Positions 10,235 through 20,495 of a stretch of 64,000 bases of DNA are shown piece after piece. The translations under genes were made by a program, and so were the position numbers. Under the pieces are notes generated by a model. That model did no database searches. It was not told the DNA's origin and saw nothing but the letters and a program-made list of their open reading frames with translations. Position 1 is the first letter of the stretch, and every line of letters begins with the position of its first letter. The stretch is from a virus. The DNA lies in the IMG/VR virus record IMGVR_UViG_3300044846_004119, positions 64,001 to 128,000 of that record; one strand, 5' to 3'.

Positions 10235-13200
10235 ATGTCCAACTCGTATAGAATAAGAACCAAACCTGGTGTTGATAGCTCAATTAAGATTTTAATTGAC
10301 CAAGAGTTTGAATATTTAGAGATTCTTTCTCTAAAAATATTACAAAGCCAAATTTACACAAGACAGTGTTCCGACTATGGAGTTATTGTTGGTAGAGTTA
10401 GTATTAATAATGGTTTTGGTATTCCTAACGCAAAAGTATCTGTTTTCATACCTTTGGACAGTATGGACGAAAACGACCCTGTTATTTCTGAGTTATATCC
10501 TTACAAAACTTTATCAGATTTAAATGAAGATGGGTATAGATATAATTTATTACCTTATAAACAACAACATCCAGGTCATAATCCTACGGGGACCTTCTTT
10601 ACAAGAGAAGATGTGTTAATCAACCCAACTCTTATTGAAGTTTACGACAAGTACTATAAGTATAATGCGATAACTAATGACAGTGGGGATTATATGATAT
10701 TTGGGGTACCTGTAGGGGCTCAAACGGTTGTTGTTGACCTTGACCTTTCAGATATTGGTGAGTTCTCTTTAGCACCACAAGATTTAATTAGAATGGGGAT
10801 TACTACAGAATCACAAGTTTCTGGGACAAACTTTAAATCATCTACAAATTTACGAGAATTACCTCAAATCATTACTTTCGTTAGAAACCTTGAAGTTGAA
10901 CCATTATGGGGTCAACCTGAAATTTGTAATTTAGGTATTACAAGAACTGATTTTGATTTATCCGCAGAATTTAATATTAACATTACACCTACCGCGATTT
11001 TTATGGGTTCTTTAGTATCATCTATAGAAGAACAGTATGTTAAGAAGAGTTGTAAACCAACCTTAACCTCAGGGGCGCTTTGTTCTTTAGTTGCGGGGCC
11101 TGGTGAGATATTAGCAATTAGACACACAATTGCTCAAGATTCTAACGGACGACCTATATTAGAAACAATTGATTTGGAATCAGGGGGACAAGTTATTGAT
11201 GAAAATGGTACTTGGCTTGTGGATTTGCCGATGAACTTGGATTATGTTATCACTAATGAGTTTGGTGAACAAGTTATTTCAGACAACCCAAAAAATGGTA
11301 TCCCAACAAAAGGTAGGTATCGATTTAAAGTTAAATGGAACCAATCACCATCAGTTTCTGCTGACCCTATTAAAAGGGGGTATTTTTTAGTTCCAAATAT
11401 TAAAGAGTACGGGTGGAAAAAAATTGGAAATATTAACGTAGACCCACTTACTAATAATACCGCAACTGCCTTAAATCGAGACGCGGCACAAAGGTCATAC
11501 GCGTTCAGTTTAGATTGGGCGGATTATGGATTAACGGGGACATCCATGGGTAATCAGATGATTGATGAGGCGATTAGGTGTGAAGATAAATTTTACGAGT
11601 TTCAATACAATAAGGTTTATACTGTATCACAATTAATTACTCAATATAGAAATGGGTATGGTAACTGGAGAATTATTGCGATAAAAGATATTTTAGATAG
11701 TGATGTTAAATGTTCTAGCGACAATAATAAGTTTCCAACAAATGATGCGGTATATAGATTTGATTTAATTTATCTCCTATTTACGATAATGATGTTTGTT
11801 TTTAGACCGATATTATATGTGTTATTACTAATAGTACACATTTTAGCTTTTTTTTTAATGCTTATTGGCCCTATATTAGCAATCATCGCGATAGTTGTCT
11901 ATCTTGTTGTTATTACTATCTGTACATTTATTAATGGGGTGATATGGGTGATTAACGGAATTCCTTTTGTTAGTCTTGATTACTTGGATTGTCCTGATGT
12001 TAAGGATATTAAGGAAACGGTTAACCTCCTGTTAAATTTATATAAAAAATTTACTAATTTAAGACTCCCTAATTTATCATATCCCGACTGTGAATTCTGT
12101 CAATGTACTGATGGAGACGCAATCGTAATTGACAATGCTGATTATCCAGATGCGGTAGCTAATGTTGCACAAACCGCTCAAGAAGCTGGTGCTAATGCGG
12201 TTTTAAGTCCCTTTGAACTTTCAACAAGTTATAACGCGGCCTCACCATATAATACGGATAACCTTGTTTATGAGCAGTTATTTGCGGGGACATCATTAGG
12301 TAATGCTAACCAAGCAAATAATCCATTAACACCTCAAACACGTGCACCAAAACTTATACCAGTGTCGGGTGGCGTGAGTAATCAAGGTAATGATTATGAG
12401 TTTACAACAAGTTTAACTCAAGCGGAAAGATTAAATTTATTTAATACTAAAGCAAAGTTTTTCAGAAACGACATTAATAATAATCCTGGTGGTGGTGTTA
12501 ATATAATTAACGTTTCATTTAATCCTAACGATATTGGTGTTACTCACCAAGATAATGTTATCGTACTTATGGTAGACCCTAGCGCGGCGGAAACTTTTCT
12601 ACCTGGTAATTTAATAACTTTTCAAGACCCTGCAAACTCTACTGACCCTAATATGACAGGGTTTACGTCTATTAATGATTATGGTACTACGAGTAGTACA
12701 GGTACTACGGTTAATAATAAACCAGGTAGTACTTCAAATGTTGGTAATATTACAGTCCAATATGCCGATTATACAAACGGTAATGGTCCTGCATTGACTA
12801 AAACATATACTAGTCAACAAGCTGATAATGATGCGCAGTACGCAAAATTCCCAATGGATGTTGAGTATTTCCAAGTAATTACCGCACAGACTTATTCCGA
12901 CTATTTTACAATATGTAACCAACCAGGAAGTTTTGGTGCTTATCATGGTTTAATAAATAGATTTATTAATAACCATATGAAATTCAATAGAATTTATGGT
13001 AAATCTTTTGGGTCAGGATTTTGGATAAATGAGTTAAATATTAATTATCCCGGCGCATTTCCACTAATAAAACCTAGTCTTTATTTCCCTGAATTTAATG
13101 AACAAATTGTTGTTTTTTTAGTTAGAGGGGTTGACCCGTATTCTACAAGAAGTAATTGTGAATACGACCTCAGTGTTTTGTATGGTGATGTTGTGACAGC

Positions 13201-15721
13201 TTCTTCAATTTCTAATACATGGGGTTTTACTAACAGAGTAAAAGTTACTAGTGGTGTTGGTGGGGCGCCTAAATATCATTTAAATCAACCAATTAAACCT
13301 GGTTTTAAAAATATTAGACATAATTTAACAAATAATTTTGATACCGATACTTATAGTGGTCAAAAATTATATTTTGATTCCTTCCATTATCAACCGAGTC
13401 CGACTGGCCCCGCGGCTTTTAGTGGATTTAATTCTAATTTACAAACTTACTATTCTTCATTAGATAATGGTAGTATGTCGTTCACACCTCAAGTTGGTAC
13501 TCCTAGTTTAGAGACTGGTTTTAATTCTGACACAACTTACGGTGTTAATGTTGATGGTAACATTAATTACTTTGCTAGAGAATTTAATTCACAACCAGGT
13601 TTAATTGACCCAAATACAAATAACTACCTCGCTCCCATAAACCCTTATAATGTTCCAAACACTAATTTTCCCAACACTGTAAGTCGTGGATATTACGATA
13701 ATGAAATTATTGAAGGAGGGTCTGGAATGTATTGTCAAACTTTTGTAAGAGCACTTAGCGTAGCGGCAAGTATAGGTGGAACCTACGACTATAAATCATA
13801 TTATTATGCACCAAAATACCCTATTGCTAACATGTCATATAATTTGGGTGGTAGTCGAAAAATAATAATGAGGTCAGATAGATTACCTACATCTACTACA
13901 TTACAAAACAATTTAAATAATAGTTTTGCATTACATAACAATGTTAATTTCTCAGTATATTCAATTAGTGATGATGGTACTTCAGTGCAAGCTCAAGGTG
14001 TTGGTGGCGGCCAATCGGGAAGTATAACGGGTAATACTGCGGACTCATTAAGTGATGGTGAGACGGAACCTCAAATTATTAGTTCAGTTATTGACTCATT
14101 CAACTGTGGGGCGATGATTAATTTAGACTGTTATAAAGAGGTTAATGGAGAGTTAGTTGTTGATTATACAGGGCCTTGTGGGTATACCTTTTGGAACAAG
14201 AAACTGGTGACAAAGGGATGTTATACTTTTATAACTACAATTTTTTTATCATTAGTCTCAGACTTTAAATTATTAACCGAGTGGGTTAGTCGTTTATTAA
14301 TAACATTTGCCGCATGTCGAAACGTGTGGGGACATCTGTTCACAAATAATTGGATTAATGGTACTTTATACGCATTTAATTTTAATAATGATGTCACATT
14401 TACATCTCCATTATCACCAAATCCAAATCAAGCAAGATATTCTTATTGTGATGATGTGGTTATATTACATAATAATACTAACAATTTTTATTATAGAAGT
14501 AGCCCATGGGACCGAATTGAGTTTATTGGACAAAATAGAGCAACACCAAATACTTTTACTTCGGCATTATTTGGGGGGTATGGTGGAAATATGTATAATT
14601 TATTATACCCAACGACCATTATGGATTTAGGTCCAAGAAATGATTATTTACAAGATATTGTAATGTCAGATAAATATGATGGATATGTTGCTAATAAATT
14701 AAAATCAACTACTTTCTCAGATGTTACTGAATTATTAAATTTGTTCGTAATTACTAGGTTGGCTAATTCAAGTTTCTTACAACTATTAATTGGTGGAGGA
14801 AATGTGTTCTCATATTTTAGTAGAGTTAAAAATATGGTTGATGGGGATTACGCTCAGTCGATTTCAATTAATTCAGAACTTGGAGTTGCACCATTTCAAT
14901 CGGCAAATTACCCCGACAGACCTGGACAAGATTCTATTTATATTAATACGCTTTCAGATGATGACCAAGTATTTGGAATATTCTATCAATCAGATACAAG
15001 ACTAAGAGATTTAATTAGCCCAAAAAGGACAATTATTGACGATACTGTTCCGGCAACTAATGTGTGCGCGTTTAGTAATATTGAAGTTTCTTCCCAAGAC
15101 GTTCCATTTTATCAATGGGAAGTTAGGACAAATAAAGTTGGTTCAAACGATAGTATTTTTGGTAGTCAAGTTAATGGGTGGATGACTGACCCGTTATCTA
15201 CAACTAGTTTCTTTACTAAGAAATATCAAAGTTTAGATAGAATAGAATCAGCGTCAAGATATTTTAGAACTAATTCTACCGCAATGACTAAGTACTTTAA
15301 GGGTTATCTATATAGTGTTGAACCAAAGACCGTTACAGGTGTTTGTAGTATTTTTGGTAATGTTTTAACAATTTATTCTCCCATTCCACAACTTTTACAA
15401 GAAGGGTTTGTATTAAGTGCCGCAGGGATTATTCCAAATACTACGATAATAAGTCAATTAACTGTAGCATTACCAAGTACTGTTGCGGGTGGTTCAGGTA
15501 CTTATCTTATTGATACTCCGCAAAATTTTGTTGGAGGGCCATTTACCGCAGTAGGGTTTATATATAGTGCGGATATTATCACTCAAGACCAAAACACCCC
15601 TAAAGGTAGAGTAATAAACACAGGAGCTCCTTTCTATTTCTATTTTGGTTTGAAGAGAGGTGGTACCGCATTTGATAGATTTGTGATTAAATGGGTCGAT
15701 ACTAATGATATAACTGCGTAA
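10235..15721 (+). CDS. Large virion (baseplate/tail) protein with an N-terminal carboxypeptidase-regulatory-like beta-sandwich and an internal hydrophobic segment
   Basis: 1828 aa. GRVSINNGFGIPNAKVSVF...TNDSGDYMIFGVP motif; ~70-aa hydrophobic stretch; structural-block context. Confidence 0.7.
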   Translation: MSNSYRIRTKPGVDSSIKILIDQEFEYLEILSLKILQSQIYTRQCSDYGVIVGRVSINNGFGIPNAKVSVFIPLDSMDENDPVISELYPYKTLSDLNEDGYRYNLLPYKQQHPGHNPTGTFFTREDVLINPTLIEVYDKYYKYNAITNDSGDYMIFGVPVGAQTVVVDLDLSDIGEFSLAPQDLIRMGITTESQVSGTNFKSSTNLRELPQIITFVRNLEVEPLWGQPEICNLGITRTDFDLSAEFNINITPTAIFMGSLVSSIEEQYVKKSCKPTLTSGALCSLVAGPGEILAIRHTIAQDSNGRPILETIDLESGGQVIDENGTWLVDLPMNLDYVITNEFGEQVISDNPKNGIPTKGRYRFKVKWNQSPSVSADPIKRGYFLVPNIKEYGWKKIGNINVDPLTNNTATALNRDAAQRSYAFSLDWADYGLTGTSMGNQMIDEAIRCEDKFYEFQYNKVYTVSQLITQYRNGYGNWRIIAIKDILDSDVKCSSDNNKFPTNDAVYRFDLIYLLFTIMMFVFRPILYVLLLIVHILAFFLMLIGPILAIIAIVVYLVVITICTFINGVIWVINGIPFVSLDYLDCPDVKDIKETVNLLLNLYKKFTNLRLPNLSYPDCEFCQCTDGDAIVIDNADYPDAVANVAQTAQEAGANAVLSPFELSTSYNAASPYNTDNLVYEQLFAGTSLGNANQANNPLTPQTRAPKLIPVSGGVSNQGNDYEFTTSLTQAERLNLFNTKAKFFRNDINNNPGGGVNIINVSFNPNDIGVTHQDNVIVLMVDPSAAETFLPGNLITFQDPANSTDPNMTGFTSINDYGTTSSTGTTVNNKPGSTSNVGNITVQYADYTNGNGPALTKTYTSQQADNDAQYAKFPMDVEYFQVITAQTYSDYFTICNQPGSFGAYHGLINRFINNHMKFNRIYGKSFGSGFWINELNINYPGAFPLIKPSLYFPEFNEQIVVFLVRGVDPYSTRSNCEYDLSVLYGDVVTASSISNTWGFTNRVKVTSGVGGAPKYHLNQPIKPGFKNIRHNLTNNFDTDTYSGQKLYFDSFHYQPSPTGPAAFSGFNSNLQTYYSSLDNGSMSFTPQVGTPSLETGFNSDTTYGVNVDGNINYFAREFNSQPGLIDPNTNNYLAPINPYNVPNTNFPNTVSRGYYDNEIIEGGSGMYCQTFVRALSVAASIGGTYDYKSYYYAPKYPIANMSYNLGGSRKIIMRSDRLPTSTTLQNNLNNSFALHNNVNFSVYSISDDGTSVQAQGVGGGQSGSITGNTADSLSDGETEPQIISSVIDSFNCGAMINLDCYKEVNGELVVDYTGPCGYTFWNKKLVTKGCYTFITTIFLSLVSDFKLLTEWVSRLLITFAACRNVWGHLFTNNWINGTLYAFNFNNDVTFTSPLSPNPNQARYSYCDDVVILHNNTNNFYYRSSPWDRIEFIGQNRATPNTFTSALFGGYGGNMYNLLYPTTIMDLGPRNDYLQDIVMSDKYDGYVANKLKSTTFSDVTELLNLFVITRLANSSFLQLLIGGGNVFSYFSRVKNMVDGDYAQSISINSELGVAPFQSANYPDRPGQDSIYINTLSDDDQVFGIFYQSDTRLRDLISPKRTIIDDTVPATNVCAFSNIEVSSQDVPFYQWEVRTNKVGSNDSIFGSQVNGWMTDPLSTTSFFTKKYQSLDRIESASRYFRTNSTAMTKYFKGYLYSVEPKTVTGVCSIFGNVLTIYSPIPQLLQEGFVLSAAGIIPNTTIISQLTVALPSTVAGGSGTYLIDTPQNFVGGPFTAVGFIYSADIITQDQNTPKGRVINTGAPFYFYFGLKRGGTAFDRFVIKWVDTNDITA

Positions 15722-15722
15722 T

Positions 15723-17519
15723 ATGGGGAATAGAATAGATACTCGAGTAGTTTTAGGGTCATTAAGGTACAAGTCGGCACCTGACACAAACCTAATGTTT
15801 AATGTACCTTTAGTTCAAACTAATAAGGAGAATATTGAATTTGATAGGAATATTAATATTGACTTACAACAAGTTTTTGATGATGAAAGACAAAAATCCG
15901 ATACATTTAGACCTGCGTGCAAGTTCTCATTATTATTTAACAATTCTTATAGTGGGTCAACTAATTACGTACCATTAGAAAATAATTTATATTATGTTAA
16001 CGCTGTTGCAGCTGCTAAACTACAATGTGGGTATAATCCACAAACTGTTCTTTGGTCAGGGTTTCCACAATATAATGAGTTTGACTTTGTTCGCACAGAT
16101 TATAATGTCCCAGGATATACTCAACCACCCAATAATCATATTACTTTTATACCTAAAAGTGCTTCAAGTTATAATTGGAATTTTTTTGTTAGTTATGCTT
16201 ATGATAATGATTTTACAAAACCATTAGAGGCTATTGACCAAAAAAGTGGACAATTATTACAATGGATTTCTGGTGGAGGAATACCATTTATAATTAATAA
16301 CACAACATTTAATGGACAAAATTTAGTATCATTTAGATGTCCGGTAAAACATGGTTTATCTATTGGTGAGCACGTAAAACTTAACTTCAGTTACATTGGA
16401 ATTGACACATTTCAAGTATATTCATTAGGAGACCAAAAATCGGGGAGTGAAGAATACATATTCAATATATATAACGTTGGGTTTACTGGCGCTGTTTTTG
16501 TTAATAATAAAAAAGGTTTTTTTAAAAGAATTATTGATATTGAAAATCCTAATGATACTACCTCACAATATTATGTTAGAAGACATAAATTATTAACTAA
16601 CTCGCAAGACGCGGTATTAGTTAACGCAGGATTTGACCAAAATATTTTTGGTAATAAAAAGAAATTTGAAAGTAGTGGATTTACGCCAAATCGAGTTGCT
16701 AGGGTTTCAACTAAAGAAGGCTCGCAATCATATACACTATCTTTTAATAAAGACATAAATATTAATCCTATTAGAGATAATCAAAAACGACCTATAAGTG
16801 AGTTATTTTTCACTGTCATTTGGAAAGGTTATTTTGGATTAATGTTTGGTACTAAAAAAAATCCAAATGACTATTTAGGTCTTAAACAAGGTTATGAATT
16901 TAATTTACCGGTTGACCCCGCAAACAATCAACCTAGTTCTTGGTGGGAGAACCTAAACAGTTTATCCGACACAACATTTCCTGTTGGTTTTTATAACACA
17001 CCACTTGGTGCTGGTTTAGGGCCTAATTCAGGGCCAATACCATTTACCTATATTGAATCGTTAAAACAAAATGATATTTTAGATGGGGATTTGTGTGAGT
17101 GGAATGAATCGGAACAAAAAGAAAGAGTTATCTCAAAATTATATCATAAGTACAGATTTAACCCATTTGTATTAAGTGTGACAGAACCACAACAATCACC
17201 CTCAAACATGTTTGGGTATTATTATCAACCTCATTACCCAATAAAGATTAGGGATTATTCTGATTATATTGAAACGGGTAGTAAACAATTAACTGAGGGT
17301 ATCCCTGACTATGCGTTTTATTCGCAAAAAACCGATTCATTTATTTGGAGAGATATATACCAATATGGTTTTATTAATAATGGTATTGGGGTTAATTACC
17401 CATTTATTAATGGTACCCATTACCCTTATAATTATAATATTTTTAGAATAATTCCGGAAGGAAGTAATTATGGTATAGAAGGATTAACAACTGACCCTAT
17501 TATCGATGGATGTGAGTAA
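15723..17519 (+). CDS. Putative virion structural protein
   Basis: 598 aa, N/Y/F/G-rich composition, packed within the baseplate operon. Confidence 0.65.
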   Translation: MGNRIDTRVVLGSLRYKSAPDTNLMFNVPLVQTNKENIEFDRNINIDLQQVFDDERQKSDTFRPACKFSLLFNNSYSGSTNYVPLENNLYYVNAVAAAKLQCGYNPQTVLWSGFPQYNEFDFVRTDYNVPGYTQPPNNHITFIPKSASSYNWNFFVSYAYDNDFTKPLEAIDQKSGQLLQWISGGGIPFIINNTTFNGQNLVSFRCPVKHGLSIGEHVKLNFSYIGIDTFQVYSLGDQKSGSEEYIFNIYNVGFTGAVFVNNKKGFFKRIIDIENPNDTTSQYYVRRHKLLTNSQDAVLVNAGFDQNIFGNKKKFESSGFTPNRVARVSTKEGSQSYTLSFNKDININPIRDNQKRPISELFFTVIWKGYFGLMFGTKKNPNDYLGLKQGYEFNLPVDPANNQPSSWWENLNSLSDTTFPVGFYNTPLGAGLGPNSGPIPFTYIESLKQNDILDGDLCEWNESEQKERVISKLYHKYRFNPFVLSVTEPQQSPSNMFGYYYQPHYPIKIRDYSDYIETGSKQLTEGIPDYAFYSQKTDSFIWRDIYQYGFINNGIGVNYPFINGTHYPYNYNIFRIIPEGSNYGIEGLTTDPIIDGCE

Positions 17520-18321
17520 CAAATATAAATTTATATTACCGACAACGGATAAATATATTAATTTGCCAATAGAACTTAAATGGGATTTTTATGGTAGAGA
17601 CGATAGTATTGAAATTTTCCAAGAAGAAGTTGTTGAAGATATCATAGGAGTTCCTGATGATTTTGAGATTTTAAGATTTGCCCACGATACTTACAGATTT
17701 GGAAACTCTTTTGAAGATACTAAAATAAATTATGAATTTAATTTCTATAACGGTAACCCAAATACTGTTGGAACCTCAACAATTGCGAATTGGGTATGTA
17801 GTTATTTACCTGAAGGGTTTTCAGCGACAGAAGTTTATTATTATGAAAAACCTTTTACCAAATCATTTTTTAAGTTAGATTTTTATGATAGTAATAGTGG
17901 TACAAATCAAACTAATTATTTTACTGTGATTTTACCCGTTCAACAGGGTCTTACTGAAAGTGTTAGTATTTCACCCATAAAACCAAACGTTGATATTAAA
18001 ATACCTTCACAATTTTTAGATTATGTTGGGGACAAAGAAGGATTTTTTTTTTATTGGTTGAGAAAAAAAGAATTTATTGATATTAGTACGTTTTATATGT
18101 CCGCAAAATTTTTTGATGCCAGATTAGGTGTATTTGTTAAAATGATGACAGTACCACAATCCACGTTACCTAATGTCTTTTTATTTAATGGTGAAGATAA
18201 GTTTTATTATAAAGTTGTTTTAAACTCTGTTAATCAAACCTATAGAATTTTTAACATTTCTAACGGACTTAGAGTTGGTGAGGGAACCCCCATAAAATGG
18301 TATGAATATGTAAACCCATAA
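17506..18321 (+). CDS. Putative virion structural protein
   Basis: 271 aa, overlaps the upstream gene, same operon. Confidence 0.6.
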   Translation: MDVSNKYKFILPTTDKYINLPIELKWDFYGRDDSIEIFQEEVVEDIIGVPDDFEILRFAHDTYRFGNSFEDTKINYEFNFYNGNPNTVGTSTIANWVCSYLPEGFSATEVYYYEKPFTKSFFKLDFYDSNSGTNQTNYFTVILPVQQGLTESVSISPIKPNVDIKIPSQFLDYVGDKEGFFFYWLRKKEFIDISTFYMSAKFFDARLGVFVKMMTVPQSTLPNVFLFNGEDKFYYKVVLNSVNQTYRIFNISNGLRVGEGTPIKWYEYVNP

Positions 18322-18322
18322 T

Positions 18323-19501
18323 ATGGATAATAGAATTTATTATATAAAAATATCTCCAGAAGTTATTAAAAACGATATCTTCAAGGTTAATATATACTCA
18401 CCTTATACCGAAGATATTGAGATACCCTTTTGTTGTGATATATATACCCAGCAAGTTACAAAATATGTGACAGGACATACATATGTGTATTCATCCATGA
18501 CTGAAATTTTATCAGGTGGAACCAACGGGGATTCAATCTTAACAGGACTTACGGTTCCAATTATGTTAACTGAGAATACGGTTGATTTGGGGTATTATTC
18601 AGTTTTTGATGGAATGGTGTTACAACAGGAAACTATGACTAATTTTTTGTTTTCTGCGACAACAACATTCCCTAACGTATATTATTTTTATAATACTTCC
18701 GATACCGAGTTTAAAAAATATTTAGAATTTTCAAATTATTATGTTGATTGGGGTGACGGAACGCCAATACAAACAATAACAACAAACGCGCCAAATTATT
18801 ACCAACACACTTACTCAACAATTGGGGAATTTACTATTATTATGTCAGGAATGAGTCCATGGGGTTCAAATATTGTTAAAAAAACAGTTGAAGTTCCATT
18901 TACTAACATTGTAATAACTAATCCTAATGGTACCGCTTATTTTACACCTGCGGGTGGTAGTTGGAGTGGGACTATGTTTAATTATGATTACATTTTTAGT
19001 GGTGATGCTAGTTGTGACGCACAAATAATGGACATTACAAATTTTACCACAGTCCCTTTTATTGTTACAGGGTACACTAAATCTTCTGTTAGCGATTTAG
19101 AAGTGTACGGAAATAAATATATTTTGTTTGGTGGAAAATATAATATAGGTGTTCAAATAACTGGCACATCGGGAAACATTGGAACATATTGGGGACCACA
19201 CCTAACAGAACCATACACTGCATATACAATTAATGGAATGAATTACTATGATTATAGTGATGGTACTACAGTATTTGCGGTTGAGTCTTCGGGATTAACT
19301 CAAGATATGTTAATTTGTTCTGCAATTACAAAAAATGAGGTATTGATAAATGTAATTGATGAGGCTGAAGTTCAAAGTAATGTTTTTGTTGAACGAGGTA
19401 AACTATCTGGTTTGGAACGAATTGAAAGATTGGGGGAAATTGATAATATAGGTGACCTTGAAAAATACGGATATGAATTTTTTAATATAATAAAAATATA
19501 A
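18323..19501 (+). CDS. Putative virion protein with a PKD-like domain
   Basis: YYVDWGDGTPIQT...YQHTYSTIGEFTI matches the PKD WDFGDG...HTY...G.Y pattern. Confidence 0.65.
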   Translation: MDNRIYYIKISPEVIKNDIFKVNIYSPYTEDIEIPFCCDIYTQQVTKYVTGHTYVYSSMTEILSGGTNGDSILTGLTVPIMLTENTVDLGYYSVFDGMVLQQETMTNFLFSATTTFPNVYYFYNTSDTEFKKYLEFSNYYVDWGDGTPIQTITTNAPNYYQHTYSTIGEFTIIMSGMSPWGSNIVKKTVEVPFTNIVITNPNGTAYFTPAGGSWSGTMFNYDYIFSGDASCDAQIMDITNFTTVPFIVTGYTKSSVSDLEVYGNKYILFGGKYNIGVQITGTSGNIGTYWGPHLTEPYTAYTINGMNYYDYSDGTTVFAVESSGLTQDMLICSAITKNEVLINVIDEAEVQSNVFVERGKLSGLERIERLGEIDNIGDLEKYGYEFFNIIKI

Positions 19502-19507
19502 TATGGA

Positions 19508-19515
19508 TATTTATT
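19508..19515 (+). promoter_or_regulatory. Putative late-promoter motif TATTTATT
   Basis: Intergenic, upstream of the ORF at 19587. Confidence 0.45.
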
Positions 19516-19586
19516 GTTATAAAAATTTGTGGTAAATGTGGGATAGAAAAAGAAAAAAATAATAAAATATTAATAAATAATTAAAA

Positions 19587-20495
19587 ATGGCAACAGGAAC
19601 GTACGGTACAATTAGACCAGCGGATGTCTCTCCCGAAGATGTGGAAATCATCTTAAATTACACACCATCAAGGGATGAAACAGATAATTTTATCTTAACT
19701 AAGTTAAATGCGACATCAATCTTAAGACCATACTTTAATAACAATGATACTGGTGGTAACCCTAATATTGAAATATTGGGTGGTTTATATAATTTAAGGT
19801 TACCTTCAGACCAATTTAATAAAATTGGTATCTATACCTTAATGGTTAGACCGGCCCAAATAAGAACAAGAATACTTGATTGTGGTGTTCTATCGGCATT
19901 ACCAAATGTTAAAGGGTTAGTTATTGATTTAAATGACGTGCCAACTCAGTTTAGAAATAAATTTGTTAATCAAGGATTGGTTGGTTTTAGAATTGAATAT
20001 TTAAATTCTGACGGAACTAAAGTACCTAATTTTTTTAGATTAATAACTTCATCATTTTTTTGTGAACCAGTTGTTCAAAACTTAACTAATACTTCTCAAA
20101 AAGCTATTAGATATAGGTATACTGATAATAATACAAATTTAATTTTTTGTACTGTTTCACCATCATCATCACCTACTAATAAGCCAAATGCAACACCGTA
20201 TATTGGGCAACCTGACCAAGATATCATTATTACAAATACTTTCTTTAATCCAATAACATTGGATATTGAAATTGCTGAACACGATTTCTCAACATTGGCA
20301 ATTGCATTGTTTGGTAATCAAACTAAGTCTATGGATGATGGTATCTACACATTATACGATACTCAAAATAACATATACAGACAATACAATTTATATGAAA
20401 TTAGAGACCAATTTAATGAATTACTTTATGAGGTTAGACAAGATAGGGGAAATAATATTGACTTCAGTAAAAACTTTACAAATATAACGCAATAA
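19587..20495 (+). CDS. Putative virion structural protein
   Basis: 302 aa; TAATG stop/start coupling to the next gene. Confidence 0.65.
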   Translation: MATGTYGTIRPADVSPEDVEIILNYTPSRDETDNFILTKLNATSILRPYFNNNDTGGNPNIEILGGLYNLRLPSDQFNKIGIYTLMVRPAQIRTRILDCGVLSALPNVKGLVIDLNDVPTQFRNKFVNQGLVGFRIEYLNSDGTKVPNFFRLITSSFFCEPVVQNLTNTSQKAIRYRYTDNNTNLIFCTVSPSSSPTNKPNATPYIGQPDQDIIITNTFFNPITLDIEIAEHDFSTLAIALFGNQTKSMDDGIYTLYDTQNNIYRQYNLYEIRDQFNELLYEVRQDRGNNIDFSKNFTNITQ

